Assembly: GCA_030064845.1 (NCBI GenBank)
Contig: JASJEC010000005.1
Span: forward strand, 61,451 to 125,450
Direction: 5' to 3'
DNA length: 64,000 nucleotides
Origin: Kiloniellales bacterium
Lineage (GTDB): Bacteria; Pseudomonadota; Alphaproteobacteria; Kiloniellales; JAKSDN01
Shown one piece after another: positions 9,750-18,529 of this stretch. The first letter of the stretch is position 1. Every line of letters begins with the position of its first letter. The position numbers and the translations under genes are program-made. Below the pieces are notes generated by a model that worked only from the letters and a program-made list of their open reading frames with translations, did no database searches and had not been told where the DNA came from.

Positions 9750-10766
9750 TCAGAACACCAGCTCGTCTTCTTCGCTGCCGTCCGACAGGATGATCTCGTT
9801 GCGCGCGGCGAGGTCCTTGGCGACCTGAACCAGGTGCATTTGGGCCTCGTCGACGTCGCGCAGACGCACCGGCCCCATGGCCTGCATGTCCTCCTGCATG
9901 ATCTTCGCCGCGCGTTCCGACATGTTCGAGAAGAAGAGATCGCGCAGCGTTTCCGAGGCGCCCTTGAGCGCGATCGCGAGCTTGTCGTTCTCGGCGGCGC
10001 GCATCAGGGTCTGGACGCCGGAGGGGTCGAGCTGGCTGAGATCCTCGAAGGTGAACATCAGCGCCTTGATCTTCTCCGCCGACTCTTTGTTGCGCTCCTC
10101 CAGCGAGTTCAGGAACTTGCTCTCGGTCGCCCGGTCGAGGTTGTTGAAGATGTCCGCCATCATCTCGTGGGCGTCGCGCCTGCTGGTCCGCGCCAGGTTC
10201 GACATGAACTCCGTGCGCAGGGTGCGCTCGACGTCGTCGAGCACCTCTCTCTGCACCGCGTCCATGCGCAGCATCCGCATGATGACTTCGAGAGCGAAGG
10301 GCTCCGGCAGGTTGCCGAGGACGCGCGCGGCGTGCTCCGGCTTGATCTTGGAGAGGACCACGGAGACCGTCTGGGGGTATTCGTTCTTGAGGTAGTTCGC
10401 CAGGACCGTCTCGTTGACGTTGCCCAGCTTGTCCCACATGGTGCGGCCGGCCGGGCCGCGGATCTCCTCCATGATGGCGTTTACCTTGTCCTTCTCCATG
10501 ACCTTGAGGAGAAGGCGCTCGGTGCTCTCGTAGTTGCCGACCACCGAGCCCGTGCTGGAGATCCGCTCGGTGAACTCGATGAAGAGCCGCTCGATCAGCT
10601 GGGAGCTGACGTTGCCCAAGTTGGCCATCTGCTGGGAGAGTTCCTTGATCTCCTCGTCGTCCATCATGGTGAAGAGCCGGGCGGCGTTCTCCTCGCCGAC
10701 CGACATCACTAGGAGCGCGGCTTTCTCCGGCCCGGACAGGGAATTGAAGTCCTCTCTCACCCGCAT
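9750..10766 (-). CDS. fliG: Flagellar motor switch protein FliG
   Basis: 338 aa; [28 protein letters not shown] and [13 protein letters not shown] motifs. Confidence 0.95.
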   Translation of the reverse strand: MRVREDFNSLSGPEKAALLVMSVGEENAARLFTMMDDEEIKELSQQMANLGNVSSQLIERLFIEFTERISSTGSVVGNYESTERLLLKVMEKDKVNAIMEEIRGPAGRTMWDKLGNVNETVLANYLKNEYPQTVSVVLSKIKPEHAARVLGNLPEPFALEVIMRMLRMDAVQREVLDDVERTLRTEFMSNLARTSRRDAHEMMADIFNNLDRATESKFLNSLEERNKESAEKIKALMFTFEDLSQLDPSGVQTLMRAAENDKLAIALKGASETLRDLFFSNMSERAAKIMQEDMQAMGPVRLRDVDEAQMHLVQVAKDLAARNEIILSDGSEEDELVF

Positions 10767-10776
10767 CCCGTGCTCC

Positions 10777-12543
10777 TCAATGCTCTGTGTGGAGCCAGGA
10801 CCGGACGATGGCGACGCACTCCTCCGGATGCTTCTCGACGATCTCGCCGATCTTCTTGATCGAGGACATGCGCACGCGGCCCTCGACCTTGACCATGTCG
10901 ATCATGCTCTCGCCTTCGCCGTCCTCGCCGCCGCCGGCGAGCTGGGCAAGGCCTTGGCCGGCGCCGCCCAGCGCCGCGGCGGCCGCGCCGCCCGGCGGCA
11001 GGGCTGCCGCCTCGGGTCCGGTCAGGGCCGCCTGGCCGCTGAGTCGGTCGGTGATCTGGCCCGGTGCCGGCGCGCCGCCGCCGATCGTGCCGTCGAGCAG
11101 GCGGGTGATGACGGGCCGGACGATCAGCAGGAGGATCAGGACCCCGACGACGCCGAGCACGAGGACCTCGGCGATCCGCGCCAGCTCGACCGTACCGAAT
11201 CCGAACAGGCCGGTCTCGCCGTCGCTGCCCAGGGTCTCGTCCAGTTGGGCGAAGCGCAGGTTCGCCACCTCGAGTGAGTCGCCGCGGGCCTCGTCGATCC
11301 CGGCGGCCGAGCTGACCAGCGCCGCGATCTGCTCGAGCTCCGCCTCGCTGCGCGGCTGGTAGGTGGTCTCGCCGTCGGCGGTCGTGGAGACCACGCCGTT
11401 GACCAGCACCGCGACCGAGAGCTTGCGGACCAGGCCGGCTTCGCGCACCCGGTTCTTCACGGTACGGCTGATCTCGTAGTTGACCGTCTCCTCGACCCGC
11501 GCCGAGTTGCTCTTGTTGGTCGCGCCGGCGTCGTCCGCGGGGAGGCCGGCATCGGGCAAGTTGTTGCCGACCGTGACCGGCGGACGGCCCTCGCTGTCTT
11601 CGGCGGCGGAACTCTCCTCGACGGTTTGGGTCGAGCGGACAACCTGGCCGTCGGGATCGTAGATCTCGGCGTTCTCGGTGATCCGGTCGAAGTCCATTTC
11701 GGCCGAGACCTCGGCTCGGACGTTGCCCGGACCGACGGTCCGCTCGAGCAGGTCCTCGATCGTCCGCGCCATGCGGGTCTCGTAGCGGATGCGCATCTCT
11801 TCCGCGGTGCTGGCGGCGCCCTCGAGGCTGCCTTCCGGGACGCCGCGGGCGAGCAGGGTCCCCTTGTTGTCGACGATGGAGACCATGCTGGGCTCGAGCC
11901 CCGGAACCGCCGAGGCGACCAGGTTCTGGATCGCCTGCACCTGGTCGCGTTCCAGCCGGCGTCCGCCGCGCATGGTCAGGACGATCGAAGCGCTCGGGTC
12001 CTGGCGGTCACGGCTGAACAGCTCGCGGCGTGGCAGGACCAGGTGGACCCGGGCCGACCGGACCTGGTTGATCGAGCGAATGGTGCGGGCCAGCTCGCCT
12101 TCCAGCGCGCGCAGGTGGTTGATGTTCTGAACAAAGTTGGTGGTGCCCAGGCCCTCGGACCGGTCGAAGATCTCGTAGCCCATCGAGCCGCCGCTCGGCA
12201 GGCCCTCCTCGGCCATGGCGAAACGGATGCTGCCGACCTTGTCGGTCGGCACGAAGATCTGGGTGCCGTCGTTGCTCAGGCGATAGGACTGGTTGAGCTG
12301 CTCCAGGCGCGCGATGATCTGGGCCGAATCCTGGCTGCTCAGATCGGCGTAGAGCAGGGACATGTCGGGACTGGACAGGCGCGACGTCAGGAAGATGAAG
12401 AATGCCAGCGTGCCTGCGGCGACCACCGCCATGGCCGCGAGGCGCGTCGGCCCCAGGTTCTTCAAGGTTTCGATCAGTGCGTTCAACGCCGCGGCCCAGC
12501 TCTTGACGAGTTTCAGAGTGGCGCGCCGCCCGAAGGGCGCCAA
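10777..12543 (-). CDS. fliF: Flagellar MS-ring protein FliF
   Basis: 588 aa of the YscJ/FliF family ([20 protein letters not shown]..., C-terminal TM segment plus FliG-binding tail). TTG start at 12543 has an AGAGG SD; alternative TTG at 12486. Confidence 0.95.
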   Translation of the reverse strand: MAPFGRRATLKLVKSWAAALNALIETLKNLGPTRLAAMAVVAAGTLAFFIFLTSRLSSPDMSLLYADLSSQDSAQIIARLEQLNQSYRLSNDGTQIFVPTDKVGSIRFAMAEEGLPSGGSMGYEIFDRSEGLGTTNFVQNINHLRALEGELARTIRSINQVRSARVHLVLPRRELFSRDRQDPSASIVLTMRGGRRLERDQVQAIQNLVASAVPGLEPSMVSIVDNKGTLLARGVPEGSLEGAASTAEEMRIRYETRMARTIEDLLERTVGPGNVRAEVSAEMDFDRITENAEIYDPDGQVVRSTQTVEESSAAEDSEGRPPVTVGNNLPDAGLPADDAGATNKSNSARVEETVNYEISRTVKNRVREAGLVRKLSVAVLVNGVVSTTADGETTYQPRSEAELEQIAALVSSAAGIDEARGDSLEVANLRFAQLDETLGSDGETGLFGFGTVELARIAEVLVLGVVGVLILLLIVRPVITRLLDGTIGGGAPAPGQITDRLSGQAALTGPEAAALPPGGAAAAALGGAGQGLAQLAGGGEDGEGESMIDMVKVEGRVRMSSIKKIGEIVEKHPEECVAIVRSWLHTEH

Positions 12544-12731
12544 CCGCCTCTGATCATTAAATTAGTCTATTCGTCTTCAGTAAAAGCGCGGTTAAGGCGG
12601 GGAAATAATTGCCTAGCAGTTCTATTCTAATTTGTGTTGAAGCGCCCTGGAATCGCAAACCCCCGCGCCAGGGGCTGGCACGGGGGTGCTCGTCAGGGGC
12701 GTCGCACCGGCGGCGCGGTGGGGCGGCGGGC

Positions 12732-13061
12732 TCAGGAGCCGCTGTTGGGCGGGGCCTCGCCGAGGACGGTCTCGCCGTTGGGGGAGGTGCGCCGGTACTG
12801 CTGCAACCGGGTCGTGCGGAGTCCGCGCATGCCGTGACGGTCGATGAGGCGTTGCCAGGACAGGAACTCCTCGACCGAAAGGCGGTAGCGCTCGCAGGCC
12901 TCCTCCAAGGTGATCAGACCCGCGCGCACAGCGGCGACCACTTCGGCCTTGCGCCGAATGACCCACCGCTCCGTGTTCGGAGGCGGCAGATCATCGATGG
13001 ACAACGGCTTACCTGCCGGTCCGATGACTGTGTTGGGCCTACCTGGGCTCTCCGACGCCAT
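12732..13061 (-). CDS. sciP: DUF1153 / SciP-family small helix-turn-helix protein (CtrA-associated regulator type)
   Basis: 109 aa. Core RWVIRRKAEVVAAVRAGLITLEEACERYRLSVEEFLSWQRLIDRHGMRGLRTTRLQQYR matches the SciP/DUF1153 family as I recall it. Flanked by AT-rich spacers. Confidence 0.7.
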   Translation of the reverse strand: MASESPGRPNTVIGPAGKPLSIDDLPPPNTERWVIRRKAEVVAAVRAGLITLEEACERYRLSVEEFLSWQRLIDRHGMRGLRTTRLQQYRRTSPNGETVLGEAPPNSGS

Positions 13062-13138
13062 AAACTAGCCTCCAACCTGGGCTTTAGTTGTTCGGCTACA
13101 GTACTGGTGCCGTCTTTACAAATCGCTAAATCGGGGAG

Positions 13139-13153
13139 TTAAACAAGGTTTAA
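13139..13153. promoter_or_regulatory. Perfect CtrA-type box TTAA-N7-TTAA upstream of sciP-like gene
   Basis: ttaaacaaggtttaa, 78-92 bp upstream of the ATG at 13061. A TTAACCGC half-site lies at 13171-13178. Confidence 0.5.
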
Positions 13154-13256
13154 AAGTAGTAATAATTCCGTTAACCGCATTTATTCAAAATACCCACGCC
13201 GAAATCGACAGAATAGTCTTTTTCAGCGTGGGTACCTGAAAAGTAATTGATTTGTC

Positions 13257-14519
13257 TTATCGAATTACTGACGTGATTTCTTCCAGTAATTCGTCGGCCG
13301 TGGTGATCACCCGCGTATTGGCCGAGAAGGCGCGCTGGGCGACGATCAGGTTGGTAAATTCTTCGGCGAGATCGACGTTGGAGTTCTCCAGGGCCGCCGA
13401 GGCCACGACGCCGGCGCCGCCGGTGTTGGCCTGCTGCAGCAGCACGTTGCCCGAGGAGAGGGTCTCGATGAAGGCGTTGCCGTCTCGGGCCGAGAGTCCG
13501 TTCGGATTGCCGAAGCGGGCCAGCGGCAGCTGGTAGATGGCCAGGGTGCGGCCGTTGTCGAACAGCGCCGAAACGATGCCGTCCTCGTCGATGATGACGT
13601 CTGTGAATGAGCCGAACGGCAGGCCGTCCTGATCCAGGAAGGAGACGACGAAGGGGCCCGAGAACTGGGTGACGCCGTCGGTTAGCCCGACCGTGCCGAG
13701 ATTGGCCGCGATCGAGCTAGGGTTGGCCGTGGTCGCGGTCCAGGTGATGTCGATCGCCGGGAAGGTGATCACGGCGGGCGTGCCGTTGCCGTCGAAGCTG
13801 ATCGATCGGGCCGCGGCGGCCACGGTGCCGCTGGCGGCGCCGGTCGAGGACAGGGTGGGGTTCTGGACCGTGATGTCCCATTCCGGCGTGGCGGAGTCGT
13901 AGACGAAGTCGATCTGCAGGTCGTGGGCGGTGCCCAGAGAGTCGAGGATCTGCACGGTGGCGCTGTGGGTTTCGCCGTTGACGGCGGTCGCCGGCAGATT
14001 GATGCCGAGGTCGATGTTCCCGGTGGCCGTCGCGATGCCCGCCAGGTTGGCGACGTTTACGGTCTGCACGCTGGACAGCACCGTGGGGTTGGCGGGCAGG
14101 GCGCCGGAGGAGGAGAGTGGCCAGCCCTGCAGGAAATAGCCCGCGTCGTTCACCAGGTTGCCACTGGAGTCGGTGCGGAAGGAGCCGGCCCGGGTGTAGA
14201 GATACTCGTCCCCGGGCCCTGGCGCCGCGGCCTCGTTCACCACGAAGAGCCCGTTGCCCGAGATCGCGATATCCGTCGAGGATGTCGTGGTCTGGAGAAT
14301 GCCCTGGGAATCGATGGACTGGATCGGCTGAGAGCGCACGCCGCCCGGCGAGTGGCTGTTGGCCGTCGCGGGCGTCGTCACCAGCGTCGAGAAGCTGGCA
14401 TTGAGGCCCTTGTAGCCGACCGTGTTCACGTTGGCGATGTTGTCGGAAATCATGCCGATTGCCTGGCTCTGCGCCGACAATCCGGCCACGCTGGCAAAGA
14501 GTGCACCACCGATACTCAT
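13257..14519 (-). CDS. flgE: Flagellar hook protein FlgE
   Basis: N-terminus ALFASVAGLSAQSQAIGMISDNIANVNTVGYK and C-terminus NSNVDLAEEFTNLIVAQRAFSANTRVI, the conserved rod/hook termini. Confidence 0.9.
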   Translation of the reverse strand: MSIGGALFASVAGLSAQSQAIGMISDNIANVNTVGYKGLNASFSTLVTTPATANSHSPGGVRSQPIQSIDSQGILQTTTSSTDIAISGNGLFVVNEAAAPGPGDEYLYTRAGSFRTDSSGNLVNDAGYFLQGWPLSSSGALPANPTVLSSVQTVNVANLAGIATATGNIDLGINLPATAVNGETHSATVQILDSLGTAHDLQIDFVYDSATPEWDITVQNPTLSSTGAASGTVAAAARSISFDGNGTPAVITFPAIDITWTATTANPSSIAANLGTVGLTDGVTQFSGPFVVSFLDQDGLPFGSFTDVIIDEDGIVSALFDNGRTLAIYQLPLARFGNPNGLSARDGNAFIETLSSGNVLLQQANTGGAGVVASAALENSNVDLAEEFTNLIVAQRAFSANTRVITTADELLEEITSVIR

Positions 14520-14616
14520 CTCTTTTCTCCCTTAGCGACTAGGCGATGGACCGCGATCCATCGGTTAGGGCTTCCTGCCCCGGAAAAATCTTGGCCCGCA
14601 CGGGGGGGGCGGCAGA

Positions 14617-15285
14617 CTAGGCGCCGCCGCCCGCCGGCGCGCGGACCGACAGGATCTGGCTCAGCGAGACCTGGAGGCTGCCGACCGAGAGGATGACCTC
14701 GCCGTTGACCAGCTCGATGCCGCTCACCTTGCCGACCGAACCCTGTGTCAGCGCCACGGGGTCGCCCTGGCCGTCGAGGGCCTGCACGCTGAAGCTGTAG
14801 CTGCCGTCGGGCAGCTGGTTGCCCTGGTCATCCTTGCCGTCCCAGACGATCTCCTGGGGCCCGGTGCCCGAAGGACCCTTGAGGCTCGCCACCGGTTGGC
14901 CCAGCGAGTCCAGGACAAGGACCGTGACCGCGCTGGCCGCCCCGGATAGGTCGTAGGCGAGGGTCGCGCCGCCGTCGACGAGGTCGAGGCCGGTGCCCTC
15001 GACCGTGACCGTCTTGCCGATGTAGTCGAGGGCGCCGGTCAGCTGGTTGCCGCCCTGGGCGGCGATCAACTGGTCGAGCTTGGTGTTCGTGTTGATCGCC
15101 TGCTCCACGTTGGCGAACTGCACCAGCTGGTCCGTGAACTGATTGGTGTCGAGCGGTTCGAGCGGGTCCTGGTTCTGCAGCTGCGTGGTCAGCAGCGTCA
15201 GGAAGTTGTCGAAGGTCTCCGTCAGATTGGTGGTGCTGCTTCCCGGCGGCTGCAGCTCGAGAAGGGGAACGCCGTTGATTTCCAT
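14617..15285 (-). CDS. flgD: Flagellar hook capping/assembly protein FlgD
   Basis: FLTLLTTQLQNQDPLEPLDTNQFTDQLVQFANVEQ motif followed by a FlgD Ig-like C-terminal half. Confidence 0.9.
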   Translation of the reverse strand: MEINGVPLLELQPPGSSTTNLTETFDNFLTLLTTQLQNQDPLEPLDTNQFTDQLVQFANVEQAINTNTKLDQLIAAQGGNQLTGALDYIGKTVTVEGTGLDLVDGGATLAYDLSGAASAVTVLVLDSLGQPVASLKGPSGTGPQEIVWDGKDDQGNQLPDGSYSFSVQALDGQGDPVALTQGSVGKVSGIELVNGEVILSVGSLQVSLSQILSVRAPAGGGA

Positions 15286-15316
15286 GAACTCAGCTCCTTT
15301 CTTCCGGAGGCCCGCG

Positions 15317-16726
15317 TCAGACCGTCAAGTCGATCAGGCCGCGATGGCTGCCCGTCCCGGGCTTGGCGCCAGGGTCGTCATCCAGGTCTGCCGTTCCCTC
15401 GGCGCCGTTGCGGGACGCCCCGTCGACGTCGCGGGACTGGTGTTTGTCATGAGCCGACTGGTCGCGCAGATCGAAGGTGAAGCTGCCCGCGTCGGTCTTG
15501 AGGCCGGCCTCTTGGAGCGCTCTTTCGAGCACGCGCGCATCCCGCTGCAGAAGATCGAGAGCCTCGCCACGCTCGGCCAGGATCGCCGCGCGCAGGCGGC
15601 CGTCCTCGGCGAACTCAAGCTGGACGTCGATCCGTCCCAGTTCCGCCGGGTGCAGGCGCAGGGAGATCCGGTCCTGGCCGGCCTGCACCGCCTTTTGGAT
15701 ACGGACCGCCAGGATTTCGCTCTGCGGGCTCGCGCCCGCGGTGCGGCCGGGCGTGCTCTCCGGCGCCGCGCCGGTGCTAGCCGCGTCGCCCGTCGGCAAG
15801 GCGCCCTGGAGCCCCGGGGTGCCGAGCGGCGCCGGAGCGGGCTCCGCTGCCGGAGCGCTGATCGGAGTGGTGGTTGGCGGCGGCGCCGTCGCGCCGGTCG
15901 CCGCCTTGGCGGTCTCCGGCGTCTGGGCCGGGTTGCCGGCCCGGCTCTCCGCCACCGTTACGCTTGGGCGAACCTGCTCGTCAGCCGCTAATGACGGCTG
16001 CGGTCCGGGTCCGCTCCGGGCGGATCGCTCGCGGGAATCCTCGGCGAAGGACTGGTTTCCGGACGGGTCTGCCGGTGCTGCGGCACCGCTCGCGGACGCG
16101 GCGGCCCTCGCCGTCTCGCCGGCGTTCTGCGCCGCCTTGATCGTCGCCTCGAGGCCCTGCGCAGCCTCGCCCGACGGCGCCGGGCCGGCCGGGCGGGCGG
16201 TTTCGACGCCATCCGCCGGCAGCGCCTGCGCGCCCTCGCCAGCGATCCCAGGCGCCGAAACGCCAGGCGCCGGCCCGGCCGCGTCGGTCGCCAGGGGCTT
16301 GAAGATGTCGAGCGTCTCGGACGCCGGCGGCGCTTCCGGCCTGCTCTCGACCATGACGCCGGGGTTGCGCGGACCGGTCGGTGTCAGGCCTTCGGTCTGG
16401 AGCGACCCGATCCCTGGCGGCAGGGGCGGCGGTGCGGCGGGGGGCGGCGCGGCATCCACTGCCGGCAGGACGGCCGCCTCGGCCTCGCCCGGCGTGACGC
16501 CAACGGCGTTGAGCGCAGGCCTGTCGACGGCCCCGGCGAGCAATGCTGCGAAGGCGCCCCGGACGCCCTGGACGTCTTGGACGCCCTGAACGCCCCCGAC
16601 GCCCTGGCCGAGGGGGGCGGCCTGGCCCTCGCCGGGCCGGCCCGTTCCGCCTTGTCCTATGATCCCGAATACATCCATCGCCGGACTGGTGTCGTTCTCC
16701 GCAGTGTTCCGGGTATCCGGAAGCAA
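15317..16726 (-). CDS. fliK: Flagellar hook-length control protein FliK
   Basis: Pro/Ala-rich with a C-terminal domain RISLRLHPAELGRIDVQLEFAEDGRLRAAILAERGEALDLLQRDARVLERALQEAGL. The track start is a TTG inside the predicted promoter; ATG at 16678 is more likely. Confidence 0.8.
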   Translation of the reverse strand: MLPDTRNTAENDTSPAMDVFGIIGQGGTGRPGEGQAAPLGQGVGGVQGVQDVQGVRGAFAALLAGAVDRPALNAVGVTPGEAEAAVLPAVDAAPPPAAPPPLPPGIGSLQTEGLTPTGPRNPGVMVESRPEAPPASETLDIFKPLATDAAGPAPGVSAPGIAGEGAQALPADGVETARPAGPAPSGEAAQGLEATIKAAQNAGETARAAASASGAAAPADPSGNQSFAEDSRERSARSGPGPQPSLAADEQVRPSVTVAESRAGNPAQTPETAKAATGATAPPPTTTPISAPAAEPAPAPLGTPGLQGALPTGDAASTGAAPESTPGRTAGASPQSEILAVRIQKAVQAGQDRISLRLHPAELGRIDVQLEFAEDGRLRAAILAERGEALDLLQRDARVLERALQEAGLKTDAGSFTFDLRDQSAHDKHQSRDVDGASRNGAEGTADLDDDPGAKPGTGSHRGLIDLTV

Positions 16727-16737
16727 GTCGCGGGCCA
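16722..16737 (-). promoter_or_regulatory. Sigma-54 (-24/-12) promoter candidate for fliK-flgD-flgE
   Basis: The minus strand reads TGGCCCG-cgac-TTGCT against the consensus TGGCACG-N4-TTGCW (GG and GC correctly spaced). It lies 45-60 nt upstream of ATG 16678, and the FlbD activator is encoded in the window. Confidence 0.55.
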
Positions 16738-16843
16738 GTCCGCCGACGAGGGCTTAGCCTCTGATTTTCATGGGAGAATTTCTGGCCGTCCCGGCGGCGA
16801 CGCCGGACTGCGGGGCAGGCCGGCCGCGCCAGGTCGGTACAAG

Positions 16844-16859
16844 CTGCCGGGTCCGGCAG
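16844..16859. promoter_or_regulatory. Perfect inverted repeat CTGCCGG-gt-CCGGCAG (candidate enhancer/UAS or terminator stem)
   Basis: Located 107-122 bp upstream of the -24 element and 14 nt after the stop of the HprK-like gene; function inferred only. Confidence 0.3.
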
Positions 16860-16872
16860 TTCCTGCCGCCGG

Positions 16873-18036
16873 TCAGGCGACGGAGCGGGGCCCCGCCGAG
16901 ACGGCACGCCCGACGCCGCCCTGGCGGTCCGGGTCCGGGGTGCCGTCGAGCAGGTCGCGGATCGCCCGGGGCGGCGTTTCCGCCACATAGGATTCGGGCA
17001 TCAGCACCCGCCAGGTCGCACAGCGGTGCAGCGCGTCGCCCAGGATTGCCGTGCAGGCCCGGCGCCAGGAGTCGATGACTTCGGCGCGCCGGCCGGTCTC
17101 CGCCCGGTGGGCGCGATAGGCGGCAAGCAGCTCCTCGATCTGCTGCTCCGCCAGGGCGGTCAGGCTCTCGGCCATGGCGGCCCTGTCCGCCTCCCGGGTC
17201 TCGGTGGCGCTCTTGTTCCAGGCGCGGCGCTCGAGCAGCAGCAGCTGATCGACCGGACGGCCGCTGCGGACCGGCTGCTGGCCGAGCAGGGTCTCGGGCC
17301 TCGCTTCGAGGTGAACGCGCGTCTCCAGGTCCCGCAAGGTCGCCGGGTCGAGGCCCGCCTCGCCGCCGCGCAGGTGCGCGAGGCCACCGACCAGGGACGC
17401 CGCCGGTTCCGGCAGGTCCTGGGCCAGGTCGGGGAAAGCCTCGATGGTCCGGTAGGAGAGGTGGAGACGCTTGCCGAGGCCCTGGACCAAGCCGCCGCGG
17501 TCGAGCGCGGCCCAGTCGTCGCCGATGAAGCGCGCGCCCTCGGCCAGCAGGCCCAACAGCAGGTTGGTCTTGCCCGACCGGCGCGAGCCCGGGACCAAAA
17601 TCGTGGCGCCCCGGCGCTCGGCGGCGGCGGCGGGCAAGAGAGCCTTGCCCCGGCAAAGCAGGCGGAGCTGAATGAGCTGCAGCAGCAGGCGATCAAACGC
17701 CGGAGGGTCGAAGTCGGGGTCGCAGGTGGCGCGCCAGCACTCGCCTGAGAGCGAGGCGAAGTCCAGGCGCAGGCAGCGGTCCTGGCCGTCGTGGAGGAAG
17801 ACGCCGCGTCGGTCGCTGGCCACCGAGGCTCCGTGGCGGTCGCTCGACTCCGGGTCGGCGCGATCCTCGGTCAGGGCGATCCGGATGTCGGCGTGGCCGT
17901 CGCGCGACGGGGCCACCGCCAAGGGGGCGTACTCCGCCGCGAGATAGTCGACGATCGCGCTCGGCGGTCCGTCCAGCACGACGACCGTCTCGTCGAGGAA
18001 GCTCACCTGCCAGGTCTTCGCCGCGTCTCTCGCCAT
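16873..18036 (-). CDS. HPr-kinase-C-terminal-like P-loop protein (putative Ser kinase), flagellar-operon associated
   Basis: 387 aa. Motif LPAAAAERRGATILVPGSRRSGKTNLLLGLLAEGARFIGDDWAAL (Walker A GxxxxGKT plus a downstream xDD). GGAGA SD present; starts 19 nt after the flaF stop. Confidence 0.6.
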   Translation of the reverse strand: MARDAAKTWQVSFLDETVVVLDGPPSAIVDYLAAEYAPLAVAPSRDGHADIRIALTEDRADPESSDRHGASVASDRRGVFLHDGQDRCLRLDFASLSGECWRATCDPDFDPPAFDRLLLQLIQLRLLCRGKALLPAAAAERRGATILVPGSRRSGKTNLLLGLLAEGARFIGDDWAALDRGGLVQGLGKRLHLSYRTIEAFPDLAQDLPEPAASLVGGLAHLRGGEAGLDPATLRDLETRVHLEARPETLLGQQPVRSGRPVDQLLLLERRAWNKSATETREADRAAMAESLTALAEQQIEELLAAYRAHRAETGRRAEVIDSWRRACTAILGDALHRCATWRVLMPESYVAETPPRAIRDLLDGTPDPDRQGGVGRAVSAGPRSVA

Positions 18037-18055
18037 GGACTTCTCCCCGTTTCGC

Positions 18056-18529
18056 TCAGATCGTGATCCCGCCGCCCGACGAGCCGGTCGGATCGCTGGT
18101 GCCGGACTTTTCGCCGGCGCCCTCGGCGCTCGCCGGCTCGTCCTGGGCGCCCTGCTCGCCTTCCGGCGTGGTCAGCAGGCCGGCGGCGATCTGCCGATTC
18201 ACGTTGATCAGCACGTCGAGCAGGTGCGGCTTGGCCTCGGCCAGGACGGCGACCGTGCGCCTGTCGACGAAGTTGCAGAGGTTCAGCATGTTGACCCGGA
18301 TCTCCTGGGGGACCGGGCACTCCGGCGCGCTCAACTCGGCCTGAAAGATGGTCCAGAGGCGCCAGTTGAGGCGGGCCGCCTCGCGCAGGCCCTTGCGGTC
18401 GTCCGGGTTCTGCTGGGCCTCGGACAGGCGCCGCGCGGCTTCCAGCAGGGCGCGCCCCTCGGTCTCCCGCGGCGCGCCGCCGGCCTTGTGAAAACGGTTA
18501 TAGCTGTGCAGTGCAGTGTCATTGGACAT
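18056..18529 (-). CDS. flaF: Flagellin synthesis regulator FlaF
   Basis: 157 aa; REAARLNWRLWTIFQAEL...NLCNFVDRRT pattern of FlaF; overlaps flbT by 11 nt. Confidence 0.85.
   Translation of the reverse strand: MSNDTALHSYNRFHKAGGAPRETEGRALLEAARRLSEAQQNPDDRKGLREAARLNWRLWTIFQAELSAPECPVPQEIRVNMLNLCNFVDRRTVAVLAEAKPHLLDVLINVNRQIAAGLLTTPEGEQGAQDEPASAEGAGEKSGTSDPTGSSGGGITI

Noticed and set aside
12655-12670. TGGCGC-N6-TTGC on the minus strand upstream of fliF
   Set aside because: The spacing is one nucleotide too long for sigma-54. In Caulobacter fliF is a CtrA/sigma-70 class II promoter. I kept only the TTAACCGC half-site as a weak note.
12676-12690. TGGCAC-ggggg-TGCT on the plus strand, which looks like a sigma-54 promoter
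   Set aside because: The GG and GC are separated by 9 rather than 10 nt. It also points into the 3' end of the minus-strand sciP-like gene, so it has no target.
12609-13142. 177-aa plus ORF across the sciP region
   Set aside because: It is antisense to the well-conserved DUF1153 ORF and extends into AT-rich non-coding spacers.
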